From a virus (Duplodnaviria > Caudoviricetes), in IMG/VR virus record IMGVR_UViG_3300019872_000008, positions 1 through 38,504 of that record: DNA of 38,504 nt; one strand, 5' to 3'. Shown piece by piece: positions 34,215-38,504 of this stretch. The notes below the pieces were generated by a model. The model saw nothing but the letters and a program-made list of their open reading frames with translations. It did no database searches and was not told the DNA's origin. Each line of letters opens with the position of its first letter. Positions within the stretch are counted from its first letter, which is position 1. The position numbers were made by a program, and so were the translations under genes.

Positions 34215-36161
34215 ATGAGCACTTATAAGATAACCATCGAAGGATATGTAATGGATTTAGGTTCTGATTCTTTTAACATAAGAAGAACATTAAGACACTT
34301 TGATTTTTTGAAAGTTGGTACCAGTATAGTAGCCGATAGAACTAATAGATTGAGTCTACCCCTTTCACCAGTGAATATCAATATACTGCAAATGTTGGAC
34401 CCTATCAAGGCTTTGACTACAAGACCCTACAGAAATTTAAGTATAGTGATAGAACAATCTGGTGGTGCAAAACCAATAGTAGGAGTATGTCAAATAACTT
34501 CTGTGAGAGACAGAATTTTTATTGATGTACAAAGTAGAATCAAAAGTTTTTGGGATGCTCTTGAAGGATTGTATCTTAATGATATTAATTTATTTTCTCT
34601 TAATGGTAGATGGAGAGAAAACGAACATGACGCTGCTAGAGCTAATACTTCTGGCATGATTTCAGCAATCGTCAATCAAGGTCAATTAGTAGATCATACC
34701 ACATATGTAGATCATACTAATACTGTTCAAATACCTTTCATCTACTATCATACAGTAATGACGCAAGTATTTGCTTTAGTAGGTTATTCTAAAGCTGGTA
34801 ACATCTTCTCAGATACCACTAGATACCTGAAAATGGCAATGAGTTTAAATTTAAAATACAATGAAGTATGGTTGAATACTGTTATAGGTCTTAGAGTATT
34901 GACTGAACCAGTTAGTGTGTTTGGTGTTAATTCTGTTGTACCTGGTTTAAGTATGGATGGTGTTAGTTACAGTTCTTCTTTGAATCCTACAGTTAAATGG
35001 ACCATCAATAATCCTACACAAGGTTGTTTGCAAGTTAGATTTGGTGAAGGTACTCAATATGATTATTTTGCCAAAGTTAAATTTAGATTTACTTGCAAAG
35101 TCACTATGTTAGCTGGATCAGTAGCCAATATTACAGCTACAATGTTACAAGCTACAATAGGTAATATAGCATCAACAACCGTAGTTAATGGTGATACCAT
35201 TATTTTGGAGTCTAATTATGTTAGCATTCAAAATCAAAATGCTGGAGCATTGTCAAATGACTTTAAGATATTTTTATCTTCTAGTGTTATAGGTAGCAAC
35301 GCATCTTTTTCTCAGGGTGTACTTGAAGTAATACCCTTAAATACTACAGATACAAATGTAGTTCAAGATGGTTTTTGGTATTGGTACTTTAATCAGTTAT
35401 TACCAAGAATTACTTTAAAGGATTTTATTAAGGACTTCATGCGTATGTTCGGTCTAGTTATTCGTGAAGATAATAATACAGTTACATTTAAAACAATTCA
35501 GGAAATATTAAGTGATACAACACCAACAGCGAATGAGTTGAGTCGTGAAAATAAAGAAATCATACCAACCATTAAGTACAAACCAGAAGGTTTCGGGCAA
35601 ACAAATAATTATTACTGGACTGTACAAGATGATGAATTGGTAATCAAAGATACATATGGTATGGGTAAATTCTTACTTGATAATCTTACTTTACCTGTTA
35701 TTCAAGATATTTATACTTCTTTGTTTTCTGCTTCAAACTCAATAACAGAAACTAGAATTACCAAAGCAGCAGAAATTAAAATTTATGATCAGGGGACATC
35801 AGCCTTTACTAAGGCAGCTTCTTATGGTTATAGATTGATTTTACTTAGAGCGAGTGATGGTGTTAATTATAGATATGTAGCTTTTACAGATAGGACAAAT
35901 TACTTGATAGGCTACTTTATTGATAAGGCACAAACGTATAGTCTTGATTGGCAAGAACTATTGACACAGTATTATACTGAGTATGTTGATATGTTAAATA
36001 GATATGTTACCGTGGAACAACAATTTTTAATTACAAATAAAGAAATGAAAGAACTAGATATGTTCAAGCTTAAGACAAAAGATGGAGTCACTTATCTTCT
36101 GGAGAGTATAAGCGACTATCAAAGTGATAAGTTTGCAAGCTTTAAGTTAATTAAACGTTAA
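34215..36161 (+). CDS. Tail tip / hub protein
   Basis: TNRLSLPLSPVN, LLPRITLKDFIKDFMRMFGL; precedes the TMP. Confidence 0.7.
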   Translation: MSTYKITIEGYVMDLGSDSFNIRRTLRHFDFLKVGTSIVADRTNRLSLPLSPVNINILQMLDPIKALTTRPYRNLSIVIEQSGGAKPIVGVCQITSVRDRIFIDVQSRIKSFWDALEGLYLNDINLFSLNGRWRENEHDAARANTSGMISAIVNQGQLVDHTTYVDHTNTVQIPFIYYHTVMTQVFALVGYSKAGNIFSDTTRYLKMAMSLNLKYNEVWLNTVIGLRVLTEPVSVFGVNSVVPGLSMDGVSYSSSLNPTVKWTINNPTQGCLQVRFGEGTQYDYFAKVKFRFTCKVTMLAGSVANITATMLQATIGNIASTTVVNGDTIILESNYVSIQNQNAGALSNDFKIFLSSSVIGSNASFSQGVLEVIPLNTTDTNVVQDGFWYWYFNQLLPRITLKDFIKDFMRMFGLVIREDNNTVTFKTIQEILSDTTPTANELSRENKEIIPTIKYKPEGFGQTNNYYWTVQDDELVIKDTYGMGKFLLDNLTLPVIQDIYTSLFSASNSITETRITKAAEIKIYDQGTSAFTKAASYGYRLILLRASDGVNYRYVAFTDRTNYLIGYFIDKAQTYSLDWQELLTQYYTEYVDMLNRYVTVEQQFLITNKEMKELDMFKLKTKDGVTYLLESISDYQSDKFASFKLIKR

Positions 36162-36165
36162 GACA

Positions 36166-38504
36166 GTGGGAGATACTACAACCGAAAATGTAATTGTCAA
36201 AGTTGATGTACAAGGTGAAGAGCCTTTAATCACCAAGATGAGTAACCTTAAGGCTGTCATGGTAGGCCTTAGAGAGGAGCAATTGGCTATGAACAGAAGT
36301 TTCAAGGCCGGGCATGTAGACAGAAAAGAACTAGCAGATGACTTTGTTCGTACAGAGCTCATGCTTAAGAACACAACTAAGGAATTCAACAATCTCAAGA
36401 ACGCTAGTAATGCTGCTAAAGGTACTCTCAAGGAAGTAGATACGGCTGTTAAGGAGACAAACACAGGATTCTTAAGTTTCAGTACTATCTTGAAGTCTGT
36501 TGGTACATATATGGCCGCACAGTTTTCAGTTCAAGCCTTCATTACAGGTATAAAGGACGCCATTGGTATTGTTTCTGGATTCGAGCATCAAATGAATGTA
36601 GTTAAGGCTTTGACTATGGAGGATGAGTCAGCCTTTTCTATCTTGGAGGATCAAGCATTGAGTATGGCTAAATCAACCATCTACTCAGCTCAGGAAATTG
36701 CTAAACTCATGGAGATTTACTCCAAATTAGGTTTCTCAGCTCAGGAGATTACAAAGGTTACCGCTGCAACATTAGAATTGGCACAGGCTACAGGAGAAGA
36801 TTTATCGAAGTCAGCTACAATAGCTGGTTCTACCTTGCGAGGCTTTAATCTTGATGCCGCTGAAATGCAGCGTGTAGTAGACGTAATGAGTAATTCATTT
36901 AACAAGTCTGCACTGGATTTAGATTCTTTTGGTGAAGCTATGAAGTATGTTGCACCAGTAGCTAACAACGCCAACATCAGTTTGGAGGTTACGGCTAAGA
37001 TGCTGGAGATACTTTCTAACGCTGGTATCAGAGGAAGTATGGCAGGTACAAGCTTGAGAAAGATGATCACCGACCTCGCCCATGGTGATATAAACGTCTT
37101 TATTGAGAAACTCAAGACCATGTCTACTAACGGATATACAACCGCGCAGGCTTTGGATGAAGTAGGTAGAACAGCACAAACAACTGCTATTGTAATAAGT
37201 AATCATACAGAAGAAGTAATTGCAGCTTACGAGGCTACAGAGGATTTATCAGGATCAACAGCTAAGTTGGCTAAAGTTATGTCAGATGACTTAGCTGGTG
37301 ATTGGGAACGATTTAAGAGGTCCATTGAAAACTGGATACTAGATAGTAAGGGTCCACTGTCAACAGCCTTAAGAACATTAACTCAAGAAGCTTCAGCTTT
37401 CTTTAATGTACTTGGTGCTGATAACTTGAATATAACAGAGAAGTTTGCTTTTTTAATCACTGGTAATAATAAGCTAGGTGCATCTGTAGATAGTGTAAGA
37501 CAAAAGGAAATTGACACAGAGAAAGTTCGCAAGGCAAATTTCATAGAACAAAAGGCTAGAGCAATAATCACTCAAAATAAAATTGAGGAATATACTTGGA
37601 GTATACATGATACAGCAGATAAAGAGGCTGTACTAGCTGAAATCAAAAGACAACAAGATGAACAAGCTATTCAAGATGCTAAAGATAAAGATGCTGCCAT
37701 AAAAGAGTCGGCTAAAGTTAGACAAGCAGAAGAAGAGCGATTGATTGAACTTGAGAAACAATATAAGGTTGATTTTAAGGTTTGGGAGAAGCAACAAAAT
37801 GAAATTGAGAAGACAGAGAAAGAAACAGCACGTATAGCTAAGATAGCACAAGACGATAAAGACTGGCACGATAAAATAGCAGCAGAGCATGCGCATGCAG
37901 AAGAACTGAACGCTATGACAATGGAAGGTGTTCAATTTGAAGAGGACGCCAAAGAACAAGTTGCTACTACAGAGGAAGCAATACGCTTGAGTAATAAAGC
38001 AAAACGTAAAGCTGATCTTGAGGATTGGAAGGATAACTGGATGCAATATGCTGGAATCATATTGAACGCAGCAGGAGACTTTGAGAAGAAACTTACAGAC
38101 GCCAAACTCGCTCAATATGAAATACAGAAAAATGCGCTGGATGCCAAGCTTAATGACGAGACAAAGAAACTCAATACAGTATTTGATAATGATAAACTAG
38201 CACTAGATAAAAAACTCAAGGATGGCATAATTAGTCAAGCTGAGTACGATCAAAAGCTTGAAGACTTACGCAAGGATAATGCAGATAAACTTAAGACCTT
38301 TCAAGCAACACAGGCATCAGAAAGATATGAACTTAAGAAGAAGGAATTTGAAGTCTTAAAGAAGAGTCAAATATCTCAAGCTGCTATTATTGGTGCTCAA
38401 TCCGCTATATCTGCTTTTGCATCATTAGCTGTTATACCAGGAATTGGTGTAGCATTAGGTCTTGCAGCTGCATCTGCTGCCCTGACTTTTACAGCTTTAC
38501 AAAT
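36166..38504 (+). CDS. Tape measure protein, N-terminal part (about 966 aa in total when joined to 1-696)
   Basis: GTG start 4 nt after the upstream stop; FEHQMNVVKA, STIYSAQEIA, LAQATGEDL, EAMKYVAPVA, AGIRGSMAGTSLR (TP901-type TMP core); missing from the ORF track because it runs off the end. Confidence 0.92.
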   Translation, partial: MGDTTTENVIVKVDVQGEEPLITKMSNLKAVMVGLREEQLAMNRSFKAGHVDRKELADDFVRTELMLKNTTKEFNNLKNASNAAKGTLKEVDTAVKETNTGFLSFSTILKSVGTYMAAQFSVQAFITGIKDAIGIVSGFEHQMNVVKALTMEDESAFSILEDQALSMAKSTIYSAQEIAKLMEIYSKLGFSAQEITKVTAATLELAQATGEDLSKSATIAGSTLRGFNLDAAEMQRVVDVMSNSFNKSALDLDSFGEAMKYVAPVANNANISLEVTAKMLEILSNAGIRGSMAGTSLRKMITDLAHGDINVFIEKLKTMSTNGYTTAQALDEVGRTAQTTAIVISNHTEEVIAAYEATEDLSGSTAKLAKVMSDDLAGDWERFKRSIENWILDSKGPLSTALRTLTQEASAFFNVLGADNLNITEKFAFLITGNNKLGASVDSVRQKEIDTEKVRKANFIEQKARAIITQNKIEEYTWSIHDTADKEAVLAEIKRQQDEQAIQDAKDKDAAIKESAKVRQAEEERLIELEKQYKVDFKVWEKQQNEIEKTEKETARIAKIAQDDKDWHDKIAAEHAHAEELNAMTMEGVQFEEDAKEQVATTEEAIRLSNKAKRKADLEDWKDNWMQYAGIILNAAGDFEKKLTDAKLAQYEIQKNALDAKLNDETKKLNTVFDNDKLALDKKLKDGIISQAEYDQKLEDLRKDNADKLKTFQATQASERYELKKKEFEVLKKSQISQAAIIGAQSAISAFASLAVIPGIGVALGLAAASAALTFTALQ
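38371..38504. repeat. Terminal direct repeat, right copy
   Basis: Matches 1-134 except for one base. Confidence 0.97.

Noticed and set aside
36147-38115. Several minus-strand ORFs
   Set aside because: Antisense shadows of the tape measure gene
1-38504. Stop-codon reassignment
   Set aside because: Genes are full length and densely packed under the standard code; TAA, TGA and TAG all end coupled genes

Overview
The window appears to be a complete, circularly assembled tailed-phage (siphovirus-like) genome of about 38,370 bp. Positions 38371-38504 repeat 1-134 with one mismatch, and the tape-measure gene reads through the junction. The host is probably a Bacteroidota species, inferred from TAnnTTT(G/A) promoter boxes, AT-rich non-Shine-Dalgarno start regions and a BT4734/VirE-type primase-helicase. 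I saw no integrase or tRNA, so it is probably lytic. The + strand arm (27618 to the end, then 1-10265) encodes terminases, head, tail and lysis proteins. The - strand arm (26858-10367) encodes replication, recombination and accessory genes. The best candidate for a new system is a compact cytosine-hypermodification pathway coupled to PolA. It comprises a dCMP-type thymidylate-synthase homologue with a divergent folate site, a dNMP kinase, a MazG-like pyrophosphatase, a sugar-O-methyltransferase-like enzyme and a remote T4 beta-glucosyltransferase-like protein. Together these could yield an O-methylated glycosyl-cytosine. A second unexplained signal is the asymmetric motif TTGCSCC (about 34 copies by eye), found in different reading frames on both strands and clustered in two non-coding regions. 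Also seen are 5' leader hairpins with an A(G/A)GUA loop at three promoters, a ~140-nt intergenic structured RNA, a capsid protein with a membrane-like N-terminal extension, and a -1 frameshift in the tail assembly chaperone. All protein family calls come from motif recognition by eye; no searches were run.
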